Shown piece after piece: positions 10,387 to 19,787 of a DNA stretch of 24,655 nucleotides. The number at the start of each line of letters is the position of its first letter. Position 1 is the stretch's first letter. The stretch covers positions 1-24,655 of the forward strand of contig JACPCX010000150.1 in the NCBI GenBank assembly GCA_016184305.1. Direction: 5' to 3'. A program made the translations under genes and the position numbers. The notes beneath the pieces are model-generated. The model did not search any database, was not told the origin of the DNA, and saw only the letters and a program-made list of their open reading frames with translations. The stretch is from Candidatus Rokuibacteriota bacterium (GTDB lineage Bacteria > Methylomirabilota > Methylomirabilia > Rokubacteriales > CSP1-6).

Positions 10387-10815
10387 TCAGCGTCGGGGTG
10401 CCTCGCCTCCCGAGCCCGGGAGCTGGATCAGCGGCGTGGCGTTGCCGCCGAGCATGTACTGTGGCAGCCGCCCGTCCCATCGCGCCAGGTACTGCTGCTG
10501 AATGAGCACCGGCGTCAAGGAGGCGGAGACCCGGGCGTTGTACGTGCCCTCGGCCTCGCCCTTGACGCGCAGGGCGTCGGCGACCCCTTTCGCCTCGGCC
10601 AGCGCGGCGTCGCCCTTGCCCTTGGCCTGAGCCGCCACGATCTCGGCCTGCCGCTGCGCCTGGATCAGCTCGTAGCGCTTCTGCTCGGCCTTCTGCTCCT
10701 CGATCTGCTTGGCCTCGATGGCCTTCTCGTAGTTGGGATCGAAGCGGATATTGGCCAGCGCCGCCTCCTTCATCTCGATCCCGTACTTGGCGAGCCACGT
10801 GGTGAACTCCTCGTG
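10387..10815 (-). pseudogene. 5'-truncated SPFH/prohibitin (band 7) family gene remnant
   Basis: Frame reads HEEFTTWLAKYGIEMKEAALANIRFDPNYEKAIEAKQIEEQKAEQ...YLARWDGRLPQYMLG, an SPFH C-terminal half. Upstream there is an in-frame TGA (10881-10879) and no N-terminal transmembrane or band-7 half. Confidence 0.75.
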
Positions 10816-10864
10816 AGGCGTGCAGGGGCGGGCGCGCTTCCCGGATGTTCGGGACTTGGCGCCA

Positions 10865-10893
10865 TTGACACCATTGTGTCACCGTGGGACGCT
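10865..10893 (+). promoter_or_regulatory. TA promoter with overlapping palindromic operator
   Basis: TTGACA(10865-10870)-17 bp-GACGCT(10888-10893) with extended TG; perfect inverted repeat TGACAC-catt-GTGTCA (10866-10881). Confidence 0.7.
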
Positions 10894-10913
10894 CGGCCGA
10901 GGAGGAGACAGGG

Positions 10914-11183
10914 ATGGCGCGCCCCATGGAGTCTCAGGCGAAGCGGCCGCGGATCAGCGTGGACGTGCGCCCCGAGGTGCGACGCCGCCTCCGCCTGGCG
11001 GCGGCCAAGCGGGACCTCACGATCCGGCAGTACGTGCTCGAAGCCATCGAGGAGCGGCTCCGGGAGGATCTCGGGGACGAGGGCGAAGGCCTGCGGGCGC
11101 TGACCGCGCAGGCCGACCCCGTGCTGGCGGATCTCTGGGATAACCAGAAGGATTCGGAGTATGACCGCGTGCAGCCGAGGTGA
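10914..11183 (+). CDS. Ribbon-helix-helix-type antitoxin
   Basis: SD GGAGGAG before ATG 10914; RISVDVRPEVRRRLRLAAAKRDLTIRQYVLEAI fits an RHH pattern; acidic tail LWDNQKDSEYD; overlaps the toxin gene. Confidence 0.8.
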   Translation: MARPMESQAKRPRISVDVRPEVRRRLRLAAAKRDLTIRQYVLEAIEERLREDLGDEGEGLRALTAQADPVLADLWDNQKDSEYDRVQPR

Positions 11184-11499
11184 CGTCGTGCTCGTGGGCT
11201 TCGTCTTCTCCGACGAGTCCGGAAGGAAGCTCCGCCCCGCGGTCGTCATCAGTTCGGCGCCCTACCACCGGGCACGGCCGGCGGTGGTCGTCGCGGCCGT
11301 CACGAGCAACGCGAGGCGGCGACTCCCGGGAGACCACTCGGTTGCCGATTGGAAGGGGGCCGGCCTCCTCTTTCCCTCGGTCGTGACCGGCGTCCTGCGG
11401 ACGATCACGCGCTCCATGATCGACCAGAGGCTCGGCTCCCTGGCGAAGGCGGACCGCGACGCTCTCGACCGGGAGCTGCGCCGGGCGCTCGGCCTGTGA
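11161..11499 (+). CDS. PemK/MazF family endoribonuclease toxin
   Basis: 112 aa; RGDVVLVGF, KLRPAVVIS, VAAVTS, GLLFPS, LGSL, typical of the MazF fold. Confidence 0.9.
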   Translation: MTACSRGDVVLVGFVFSDESGRKLRPAVVISSAPYHRARPAVVVAAVTSNARRRLPGDHSVADWKGAGLLFPSVVTGVLRTITRSMIDQRLGSLAKADRDALDRELRRALGL

Positions 11500-14400
11500 G
11501 GCGTCGCGGCCGTCTCTTCCGGAAGTACGTCGCCCTCTTCGTGACGCTGGTCAGCGGAGCGCTCCTGGCCAGCGGGCTCATCGAGATCTACTTCTCTTAC
11601 CAGGAGAACAAGGCCGCCCTGGTGGCCGTCCAGCGCGAGAAGGCCACGGGCGCGGCCTCGCGCATCGAGCAGTTCGTCCGCGAGGTGGAGCGCCAGATCG
11701 GCTGGACCACCCAGCCGGTGCTGGCCGCCCGCGGGAACGCGCTGGACCAGCGCCGCTTCGACTTCCTCCGGCTCCTGCGCCAGGTTCCCGCCATCACCGA
11801 GGTGAGCCACCTGGACGCGTCGGGCCGGGAGCAGCTCCGCGTGTCGCGGCTGGCCATGGACGTGGTGGGCAGCCAGGCCGACTTCTCGCGGGAGCCGCGC
11901 TTCCTCGAGCCCAAGTCCGGGAAGGTCCACTTCGGCCCCGTGTACTTCCGCAAGGAGTCCGAGCCGTACATGACCATTGCCATGCCGCAGAGCGGGGGCG
12001 GCGGCGTGACGGTGGCCGAGGTCAATCTCAAGTTCATCTGGGAGGTGGTCTCCCAGATCAAGATCGGCAAGGCGGGGCAGGCCTACGTGGTGGATTCGCG
12101 CGGCCAGCTCATCGCGCATCCGGACATCAGTCTGGTGCTCCAGAAAACCGACCTTTCGTCCCTCGCCCAGATCCGGGCTGCGCTCGCGGAGCCGCCGCAG
12201 CCGGGCGAGACGAAGGACGAGGTGACGATCGCCGCCGACCCCCGCGGCACGCAGGTGCTGACCGCCCACGCGGCGGTGGGGTCGCTCGGCTGGTCGGTCT
12301 TCGTGGAGCTGCCGCTGGAGGAAGCCTTCGCGCCGCTGTACGCCTCCAGTGTCCGGACCGTCGTGCTCCTCGTCGTGGGCCTCGTGCTCTCGCTGCTCGC
12401 GAGCCTCGTCCTCGCGCGGCGCATGGTGACGCCCATCCAGGCGCTCCAGGCCGGGGCGGCGCGCATCGGCGCGGGCGAGCTGGGCCACCGCATCGAGGTG
12501 CGCACGGGCGACGAGCTGGAGGCTCTCGCCGACCAGTTCAACACCGCGGCCGCCCAGCTTCAGGAGTCCTACGCCACCCTCGAGCAGAGAGTGGAGGAGC
12601 GGACGCGCGAACTGAGCGAGTCCCTCGACCAGCAAACCGCCACGGCGGAGATCCTGCGCGTCATCTCGAGCTCGCCAACGGACGTGCAGCCGGTGTTCGA
12701 CGCGGTGGCGCTGAGCGCGGCTCGCTTCTGCAATGCCCAGAACGTCACGATCGTCCGCGTGGACGGCGATGTCGCCACGAGTGTCGCGGGGGCCGGGCCG
12801 TTCTACGAGCAGGCGCTGGGGGCCCTGGGAGGTGCCCCGCCCCTCGTCATTCCGATCAGCCGGGGCTCGGTGACCGGCCGAGCGATCACGGACCGGACGA
12901 CGATCCATGTCCCCGATCTGGCCGCGGAGCCGGAAGCGGAGTTCTCCGTCGGGAGGGATCTCCAGCGCCGCTTCGGCCACCGCACGATGGTCGCGGCCCC
13001 GCTGCTCCGTGAGGGGGTCCCCCTGGGCGCCATCTTGCTCATCCGGATGGAGGTCAGCCCGTTCACCGACAAGCAGATCGCGCTGCTCCAGACCTTCGCC
13101 GACCAGGCCGTCATCGCCATCGAGAACGTGCGCCTGTTCACGGAGCTGGAGTCCCGCAACAGCGATCTTTCCGAGGCGTTGGAGCAGCAGACGGCGACAG
13201 GAGAGGTGCTCCGGGTCATTGCGAGCTCGCCGACCGACTTGGAACCTGTCCTCAAAGCCGTGATCGCCAACGCGGTGCGCCTGGCCGGGGCCGAACAGGG
13301 ACATATCCGGCAGTACGACGGCGAGTTTCTACAGATGGGCGTGCAGTTCAACGAGAGCGACGATTTCGTTCGAAGGATCACGGCTATTCCGGTACGACCG
13401 ACGGAAGAGAGTGCAGTCGGTCGAGCCTTCCTCACACGGCGCCCAGTCCACATCCCCGATATCGTTGCCGACCCTGGCTACCGTGGGCCGGTTCTCCCGT
13501 CGCAGGGGCGCACGGTCCTGGCCGTGCCGTTGCTCCGAGAGGATGTGGCGATCGGGACCGTGTCGATGTGGCGCAGTGAGGTCAAGCCTTTTACCGAGCG
13601 CCAGATCGAGCTGGTGACAACCTTCGCCGACCAGGCCGTGATCGCGATCGAGAACGTGCGCCTGTTCAAGGAGCTCGAGGCCCGCAACAGCGACCTGGGC
13701 GAGGCTCTCGAGCAGCAGACGGCGACCGGTGAGATCCTCAGTGTCATCTCGAGCTCGCCCACGAATACCCAACCGGTTTTCGATGCCATCGTTCGGAGCG
13801 CCGTGAATCTATGCGACGGCCTGCCGTCGGCTTTCGCAGTGTGGTGGTCGTGCCTATGTTCCGCGAGGAAACCCCGCTCGGATGTATCGCCGTAGCCCGG
13901 GTTGAAGCCGGGCCATTTTCTGACAAGCAGATCTCGCTCCTCAAGACGTTCGCGGACCAAGCTGTCATCGCCATCGAGAACGTACGGCTCTTCACCGAGC
14001 TGGACGACAAGACCAGGCAGCTCGAGATCGCCAACCGTCACAAGTCGGAGTTCCTTGCCAACATGTCCCACGAGCTGCGCACGCCGCTCAACGCCGTGAT
14101 CGGCTTCTCCGAGGTGCTGCTGGAGCGGATGTTCGGCGAGGTCAACCCCAAGCAGGAGGAGTACCTCAATGACATCCTGTCCTCCGGGAAGCACCTCCTC
14201 TCGCTGATCAACGATATTCTCGACCTGTCGAAGATCGAGGCGGGCCGGATGGAGCTGGAGGCCCAGGCCTTCGACCTGCCGGCCGCGCTCGACAACGCGC
14301 TGACGCTGATCAGGGAGCGCGCCGCGCGCCATAGCATCGGGCTCGAGGTCCACGTGGACCCGCGGATCGGCGAGGTCGTGGCCGACGAGCGCAAGGTCAA

Positions 14401-14731
14401 GCAGGTCCTGCTGAACCTCCTGTCCAACGCGGTCAAGTTCACCCCGGAAGGAGGCACGGTCACCATGAGCGCGGCGTTGAACGGCGAAGCTGTGGTGGTG
14501 TCGGTCGCGGATACCGGTATCGGCATCGCGGCCGAGGACCAAGAGGCGATCTTCGAGGAGTTCCGCCAGGTAGGCGACGACTACGCACGGAAGCGCGAGG
14601 GAACGGGCCTGGGTCTCGCGCTGGCCCGCCGATTGGTCGATCTCCACGGCGGCACGCTGTCGGTGCAGAGCGAGCTCGGCAAGGGGTCGACCTTCACCTT
14701 CACCATCCCGGTGCGCGCCCATGGCCGGTGA
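11496..14731 (+). pseudogene. Membrane sensor histidine kinase (TM-Cache-TM-HAMP-GAF-GAF-GAF-HisKA-HATPase), frameshifted by a deletion at ~13822 (real or assembly artefact)
   Basis: GTG 11496 overlaps the mazF TGA; two transmembrane segments; HAMP (GDELEALADQFN); repeated [15 protein letters not shown]. The frame changes between CDGL and [11 protein letters not shown], then H-box [11 protein letters not shown]-box [16 protein letters not shown] and GTGLGL follow. Confidence 0.85.
12613..13995 (+). repeat. Intragenic repeated GAF linker segments
   Basis: QQTAT codons start at 12630, 13185 and 13713; [16 protein letters not shown] codons start at 13092, 13620 and 13946 with high nucleotide similarity. 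Confidence 0.85.
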
Positions 14732-15095
14732 GCTGATCCTGATCGTCGAGGACAACGAAAAGAACCGCAGACTGGTCCGCGACGTGCTCCAGTTCAAGGG
14801 GTACCAAACGATCGAGAGCGAGACAGGGGAAGAGGGCCTGGAGCTGGCGCGCAGCCGTCAGCCGGCGCTCGTCCTCATGGACATCCAGCTGCCCGGCATG
14901 GACGGCATCACGGCGCTCAAGCGCCTGCGCGACGACCCGGCGACTCGCGGCATCCGCGTCATGGCGGTGACCGCGTCGGCGATGACGCAGGATCGGCGGA
15001 CGATCCTCGCCGCGGGCTTCGACGCCTACCAGAGCAAGCCCATCAACGTGAAGGCCTTCCTCGAGGCCGTCCAGGAGCTGCTCGCCAGGCCATGA
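14721..15095 (+). CDS. Single-domain response regulator (DivK/CheY-like)
   Basis: ILIVEDN, phosphoacceptor [18 protein letters not shown]. Confidence 0.93.
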   Translation: MAGELILIVEDNEKNRRLVRDVLQFKGYQTIESETGEEGLELARSRQPALVLMDIQLPGMDGITALKRLRDDPATRGIRVMAVTASAMTQDRRTILAAGFDAYQSKPINVKAFLEAVQELLARP

Positions 15096-16195
15096 AGGAC
15101 CCCGCGCGCATCCTCGTGGTGGACGACACGCCCGTGAACGTCAAGCTCCTGGCCGACGTCCTCGGGGTCCGCGGCTACGCCGTCAGCACCGCGGCCTCGG
15201 GCAAGGAGGCGCTCGAGAAGGTCGCCGCCGACGCACCGGATCTGGTGCTGCTCGACGTGGTGATGCCGGAGATGTCCGGCTACGAGGTCTGCAAGGCGCT
15301 CCGCGCCGATCCGGCGACATCGCGCCTTCCCGTCGTCATGGTCACCGCGCTCGACCCCGGGCAGGAGCGGGTCAAGGGTATCGAGGCCGGCGCCGACGAC
15401 TTCCTGACCAAGCCCATCAACCAGCCGGAGCTTCTGGCGCGCGTGCGCTCGCTGCTCAGGGTCAAGCAGCTCTGGGACGAGCTGGCCGAGCTCAACCGCA
15501 CGCTCGAGACTCGCGTGGCCGAGCAGGTCGCCCAGCTCGAGCGCCTCGGCCGGCTCAAGCGCTTCTTCTCGCCGCAGCTGGCCGAGCTGATCGTGTCGGG
15601 CGGCGCCGACGACCCCCTGAAAAGCCACCGGAGGGAGGTCGCGGTGGTCTTCCTGGACCTGCGCGGGTTCACGGCCTTCGCCGAGACGGCCGAGCCCGAG
15701 GAGGTCATGGGCGTGCTGCGCGAGTACCACGCCGAGATGGGCCGGCTGATCCTCGCGCACGAGGGGACGCTCGAGCGCTTCACCGGCGACGGGATGATGA
15801 TCTTCTTCAACGACCCGGTGCCAGTGCCCGACCCCGCACCGCGCGCCGTCCGCATGGCGGTGGCGATGCGGGAGCGCGTGGCCGAGATGATCGTCACGTG
15901 GCGCCAGCAGGGGTACGATCTCGACTTCGGCATCGGTATCGCCCAGGGCTACGCCACCATCGGCGCCATCGGCTTCGAGGGCCGCATGGACTACGGCGCC
16001 ATCGGCACCGTGACGAATCTGGCCGCGCGGCTCTGCGGGGAGGCCCGGCCCGGCCAGATCCTCGTGTCCCGGCGGGTCCTGGCGGCGGTGGGCGATCTCG
16101 CCGCCGCCGAGCCCGTCGGCGAGCTGACCCTCAAGGGCTTCTCGCGGCCTGTGCCCGCCTTCAACGTGGTCGGCCTCGCCCGCGCCGGCGCCTGA
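15092..16195 (+). CDS. Receiver domain fused to a class III nucleotide cyclase
   Basis: Receiver motifs VVDD, LLDVVMP, TKP; cyclase motifs [32 protein letters not shown] overlap with the upstream gene. Confidence 0.92.
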   Translation: MKDPARILVVDDTPVNVKLLADVLGVRGYAVSTAASGKEALEKVAADAPDLVLLDVVMPEMSGYEVCKALRADPATSRLPVVMVTALDPGQERVKGIEAGADDFLTKPINQPELLARVRSLLRVKQLWDELAELNRTLETRVAEQVAQLERLGRLKRFFSPQLAELIVSGGADDPLKSHRREVAVVFLDLRGFTAFAETAEPEEVMGVLREYHAEMGRLILAHEGTLERFTGDGMMIFFNDPVPVPDPAPRAVRMAVAMRERVAEMIVTWRQQGYDLDFGIGIAQGYATIGAIGFEGRMDYGAIGTVTNLAARLCGEARPGQILVSRRVLAAVGDLAAAEPVGELTLKGFSRPVPAFNVVGLARAGA

Positions 16196-16221
16196 TCGCG
16201 GCCCGACCCCGCGCTCTCCGG

Positions 16222-16250
16222 TTGCGCATCCGCGGCGCCACCGGGATAAT
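16222..16250 (+). promoter_or_regulatory. Candidate sigma70 promoter, leaderless
   Basis: TTGCGC(16222-16227)-17 bp-GATAAT(16245-16250)-7 nt-ATG 16258; no SD. Confidence 0.6.
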
Positions 16251-16257
16251 CGCGCCC

Positions 16258-17976
16258 ATGTGGGCGAAGGAGCGAGCGGCGCTGGTGGCGGTGGCGCGGG
16301 GCGATGCCGTGGCGGACCGCGTCGTCCGGGGCGGCCTCCTCCTCAACGTCTACACGGGGGAGTGCTACCCGGCCAGCGTGGCGATCAAGGGCGAGCGCAT
16401 TGCCTATGTCGGTGCCCGCGACGACATGGTGGGGCCGCGCACCGAGGTCATCGACGCCACCGGCCGCACCCTCGTCCCCGGCTACATCGAGCCCCACGCC
16501 CATCCCTGGAATCTCGGCACGCCGGCCGTCCTCGCGCGTCACGTCCTGCCGCTCGGCACGACGACGATCTTCGCCGACAACCTCCTCATCTACGCGCTCG
16601 CCGGCGTGACCGGGTTCGAGCGAACCGTGGCGGCGCTCGCCCGCGGGCCGGTGAAGTTCTACTGGATGGTGCGCCCCCACGGCCAATTTCGCGCGCTGGA
16701 CGAGGGCGCGCGCTTCCCCGTGGCGGCGCTCGCGCGCATGCTCGATAACCCCTGGGTGGCCGCGGTCGGCGAGGTGACGCGCTGGACGGACCTCGTGGCC
16801 GGGCGGCCGGAGCTGCTGGAGCGGCTCGCGCTCGGGCATGCTCGCGGCAAGCGGATCGAGGGGCACACGGCGGGGGCCAATGCCGAGCGCGTCGCCGCCC
16901 TGGCCGCCGCCGGGCTCACCTCCGACCACGAGCCCATCACGGCGCAGGAGGCGCTGGACCGGGCGCGCCAGGGCATCGCGCTGATGCTGAGGCAGTCCTC
17001 GCTCCGTCCCGACCTGCGCGGGCTCCTCGCCCCCTTCGTCAAGGCCGGCGCGCTCGGTCGGATCATGCTCACGACGGACGGCAGCACGCCCGCGTTCGTC
17101 GCCGAGCACGGATTCGTGGACGGACTCGTCCGCATCGCCATGGAGGAGGGCGTGCCGCCCGTCGAGGCGTATCGCATGGTCACGCTCAACCCCGCGACCT
17201 ACTACGGCAAGGACGCCGACCTCGGCGGGATCGCGCCCGGCCGCTTCGCCGACATCCTGCTCCTGGAGGACCTGACCGAGCCCCGGCCTCGCGCCGTGAT
17301 CGCCCGGGGGCGGCTCCTGGCACGCGACGGGCGGCTCCTGACGGGCGTTCCGGAGCCGCCGTGGCGAGAGATCTTCACACCGCGCGTGACCCGGTTCGAC
17401 CGGGCCTGGCGCCTCACGCCCGAGAACTTCGCGCTGCCGCCGGGCCCGCTGCCCACCATGCGCCTGGTGAGCACCGTCATCACGGCGCTCGAGGAGCGGC
17501 CGGTTGCGCCGGGCGACCTCGACGTCGCGCTCGTGGACCGCCGCGGCGAGTGGATCACGGTCACCGCACTGGCCGGCTTCGCCACAGAGGTGGATGGGCT
17601 TGCGGCGACGCTGTCCACCGACTACCAGATCGTCGCCGTGGGCCGGAGCCGCGAGGCGCTGGCGCGGGCGGTCAATCGCGTCGTCGCCATCAAGGGCGGC
17701 ATCGTCCTGGTGGAGGGGGAGCGCGTGATCTTCGAGCTCGCGCTGCCGGTGGGCGGGCTCATGTCCACGCGGCCCTTGCCCGAGCTGGCCGCGAAGGAGC
17801 GCGAGCTCAAGGCCCTGCTGGCGGCGCGCGGTTACCCGTTCCACGATCCCATCTTCACGCTTTACTTCATGGTGGCCGACTTCCTGCCGGTGGTGCGCCT
17901 GTCCTCCCGCGGGGTCTGGGACGTCAAGCGAGGCCGGGTCCTCGCGCCGAGCCGGCCGCTCCGTCGCTCCCGCTGA
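16258..17976 (+). CDS. Adenine deaminase family amidohydrolase (YerA-like)
   Basis: 572 aa from ATG 16258; PGYIEPHAHP, GTTTIFADN, IEGHTAG, SDHE, LTTDG, TLNPA, GGIAPGRFAD, LPVGGLMS. Confidence 0.88.
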   Translation: MWAKERAALVAVARGDAVADRVVRGGLLLNVYTGECYPASVAIKGERIAYVGARDDMVGPRTEVIDATGRTLVPGYIEPHAHPWNLGTPAVLARHVLPLGTTTIFADNLLIYALAGVTGFERTVAALARGPVKFYWMVRPHGQFRALDEGARFPVAALARMLDNPWVAAVGEVTRWTDLVAGRPELLERLALGHARGKRIEGHTAGANAERVAALAAAGLTSDHEPITAQEALDRARQGIALMLRQSSLRPDLRGLLAPFVKAGALGRIMLTTDGSTPAFVAEHGFVDGLVRIAMEEGVPPVEAYRMVTLNPATYYGKDADLGGIAPGRFADILLLEDLTEPRPRAVIARGRLLARDGRLLTGVPEPPWREIFTPRVTRFDRAWRLTPENFALPPGPLPTMRLVSTVITALEERPVAPGDLDVALVDRRGEWITVTALAGFATEVDGLAATLSTDYQIVAVGRSREALARAVNRVVAIKGGIVLVEGERVIFELALPVGGLMSTRPLPELAAKERELKALLAARGYPFHDPIFTLYFMVADFLPVVRLSSRGVWDVKRGRVLAPSRPLRRSR

Positions 17977-18008
17977 CAGGGCGCAGGAGCCGCACGCCCA
18001 CGGCGCCG

Positions 18009-18037
18009 TTGTGGGTCGGGGCCGGTTCGCGTATAGT
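18009..18037 (+). promoter_or_regulatory. Candidate sigma70 promoter for the ABC importer operon
   Basis: TTGTGG(18009-18014)-17 bp-TATAGT(18032-18037); SD GAGGAG before ATG 18102. Confidence 0.6.
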
Positions 18038-18101
18038 CGGACCGATCACGGCCCCCCCGGAAGAATCAGCGGGTTTCTCCCGCAAGAGAGGAGAACGGCA
18101 C

Positions 18102-19715
18102 ATGAGGAACTGGCGGCTTGCGACCATCGTTGGAGTTCTCGCGCTGGCGGGTCTGGTGGGGACCGCGCTCGGGCCCGCCGCGGCTCAAGCACCGAAGTCA
18201 GGCGGCGCGATCAACATCATGCTTCGCGAGGATCTGTCCCAGGGCTTCGCCATCCACGAGACCGCGACGATCTCGGTGGTGTTTCCGGCGAGCCCGTGCT
18301 TCAACAACCTCGTGTTCTTCGACCCGCTCAAGTCGGTCGAGAGCGCGGACACCATCATCGGCGAGCTGGCCGAGAGGTGGTCCTGGCAGGACAATTACCG
18401 GAACCTCGTCTTCTTCCTCCGGAAGAATGTCAAGTGGCACGACGGCAAGCCCTTCACGTCCAACGACGTCAAGTTCACCTTCGACATGCTGCGCGGGGCG
18501 CCGGAGGCCCAGGGCAAGCTGCGGATCAACCCGCGCAAGGACTGGTACGCCAATGTGGAGGCCGTGGAGGCGCCGGATCCCCACACCGTCGTGTTCCGCC
18601 TGAAGCGCCCCCAGCCCTCCCTGCTCGCCATGCTCGCCTCCGGCTACACGCCCGTGTACGCGGCGCACATCCCGCCCGCCAGCTACCGGACGGGCTGCAT
18701 CGGCACTGGCCCCTTCAAGCTCAAGGAGTGGCGGAAGGGGGAGTTCGTCGAGTACGTGAAGAACCCGGACTACTTTGTCAAGGGGCGGCCGTATCTCGAC
18801 GGGCTCAAGTACATCGTCATCGTCGAGCGGGGAACGCGGACCGCGGCGCTCCAGGCGGGCCAGCTCGACGTGGCCATGCCGGGCGAGACGACCAAGACCG
18901 CGGCCGAGCAGCTCAAGAAGGCCCTGCCCCAGCTCGTCGTCACGCCCGTGGCCACCGCCGTCACCGACAACATCATCATGAACGCGAAGAAGGCGCCCTT
19001 CGACAACGCGAAAGTGCGGCTGGCGGTGAGCTACGCCATCGACCGGCGCGCCCTCATCCAGGCCGTCCACCAGGGGGCCGCGGTGCCCGGGGCGGCCATG
19101 GCGCCCAGGCCCTATGGGGTCTGGGGGCTCATGGGGAAAGACCTGGCCGCAGTGCCGGGCTACGGCAAGCCCGAGGACATGAAGGCCCTCGCCAGGAAGC
19201 TCCTGGCCGAGGCCGGCATCACGCCCCAGCAGCCGCTCAGGGTCGAGATGGCCACCCGCGCCATCGCCATCTACGTCGACATGGCCTCCTTCGTCATCAA
19301 CGAGCTCAAGCAGGTCGGCATCGAGGCCTCGCTCAAGCAGATCGAGACGGCGCAGTGGCATGCCATGGCTACCCGCGGCGAGTATCAGATCGGGGCCAAC
19401 CTCACGGGGCTCGGCGTGGACGACCCGGACCCCAACTTCTACGAGAACTACGCCTGCGGGTCGCCGCGCAACTACAGCCACTACTGCAACGAGTCTCTGG
19501 GGAAGCTGTTCGACCAGCAGTCGCAGGAGCTGGACCCCAAGAAGCGCCTCGCCCTGGTGGCCGCCATCCAGAAGAAGCTGGAGGAGGAGGCCCCGCGCCC
19601 CATCCTGGACCATCGGATGGACTACTTCACGCACTGGCCGCACGTGAAGAACATGCTCCCGCACCACAACATCTACAACTTCGGCCGGATGCAGGAAGTC
19701 TGGAGAGACAAGTAG
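18102..19715 (+). CDS. ABC transporter substrate-binding protein, family 5 (DppA/OppA/NikA-like)
   Basis: Signal peptide MRNWRLATIVGVLAL...AAA; ELAERW, LRKNVKWHDGKPFTSNDVKFTF, GTGPFKL, VRLAVSYAIDR. Confidence 0.93.
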   Translation: MRNWRLATIVGVLALAGLVGTALGPAAAQAPKSGGAINIMLREDLSQGFAIHETATISVVFPASPCFNNLVFFDPLKSVESADTIIGELAERWSWQDNYRNLVFFLRKNVKWHDGKPFTSNDVKFTFDMLRGAPEAQGKLRINPRKDWYANVEAVEAPDPHTVVFRLKRPQPSLLAMLASGYTPVYAAHIPPASYRTGCIGTGPFKLKEWRKGEFVEYVKNPDYFVKGRPYLDGLKYIVIVERGTRTAALQAGQLDVAMPGETTKTAAEQLKKALPQLVVTPVATAVTDNIIMNAKKAPFDNAKVRLAVSYAIDRRALIQAVHQGAAVPGAAMAPRPYGVWGLMGKDLAAVPGYGKPEDMKALARKLLAEAGITPQQPLRVEMATRAIAIYVDMASFVINELKQVGIEASLKQIETAQWHAMATRGEYQIGANLTGLGVDDPDPNFYENYACGSPRNYSHYCNESLGKLFDQQSQELDPKKRLALVAAIQKKLEEEAPRPILDHRMDYFTHWPHVKNMLPHHNIYNFGRMQEVWRDK

Positions 19716-19739
19716 GGGCGCCGGCGCCGGAGGCGAGCA

Positions 19740-19770
19740 GGCCGGGGGGGGCGGGCCGCCTCCCCCGGCC
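19740..19770 (+). other. Strong intergenic stem-loop between binding protein and permease genes
   Basis: GGCCGGGGGGGGCG-ggc-CGCCTCCCCCGGCC: 14-bp stem with one G-U pair, no U tract. Confidence 0.6.
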
Positions 19771-19787
19771 CGTGTAAGGGGTCCCGC

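Noticed and set aside
13805..13830. Programmed ribosomal frameshift in the kinase
   Set aside because: No slippery sequence, and about 200 nt of the GAF core is missing, so frameshifting would not restore the domain.
15092..16195. Pycsar/CBASS-type anti-phage system
   Set aside because: The cyclase is receiver-fused within a two-component operon and no cNMP-binding, TIR or membrane effector gene is adjacent.
10320..16200. Integrative element or prophage carrying the TA-signalling block
   Set aside because: No integrase, transposase, tRNA or flanking direct repeats were seen.
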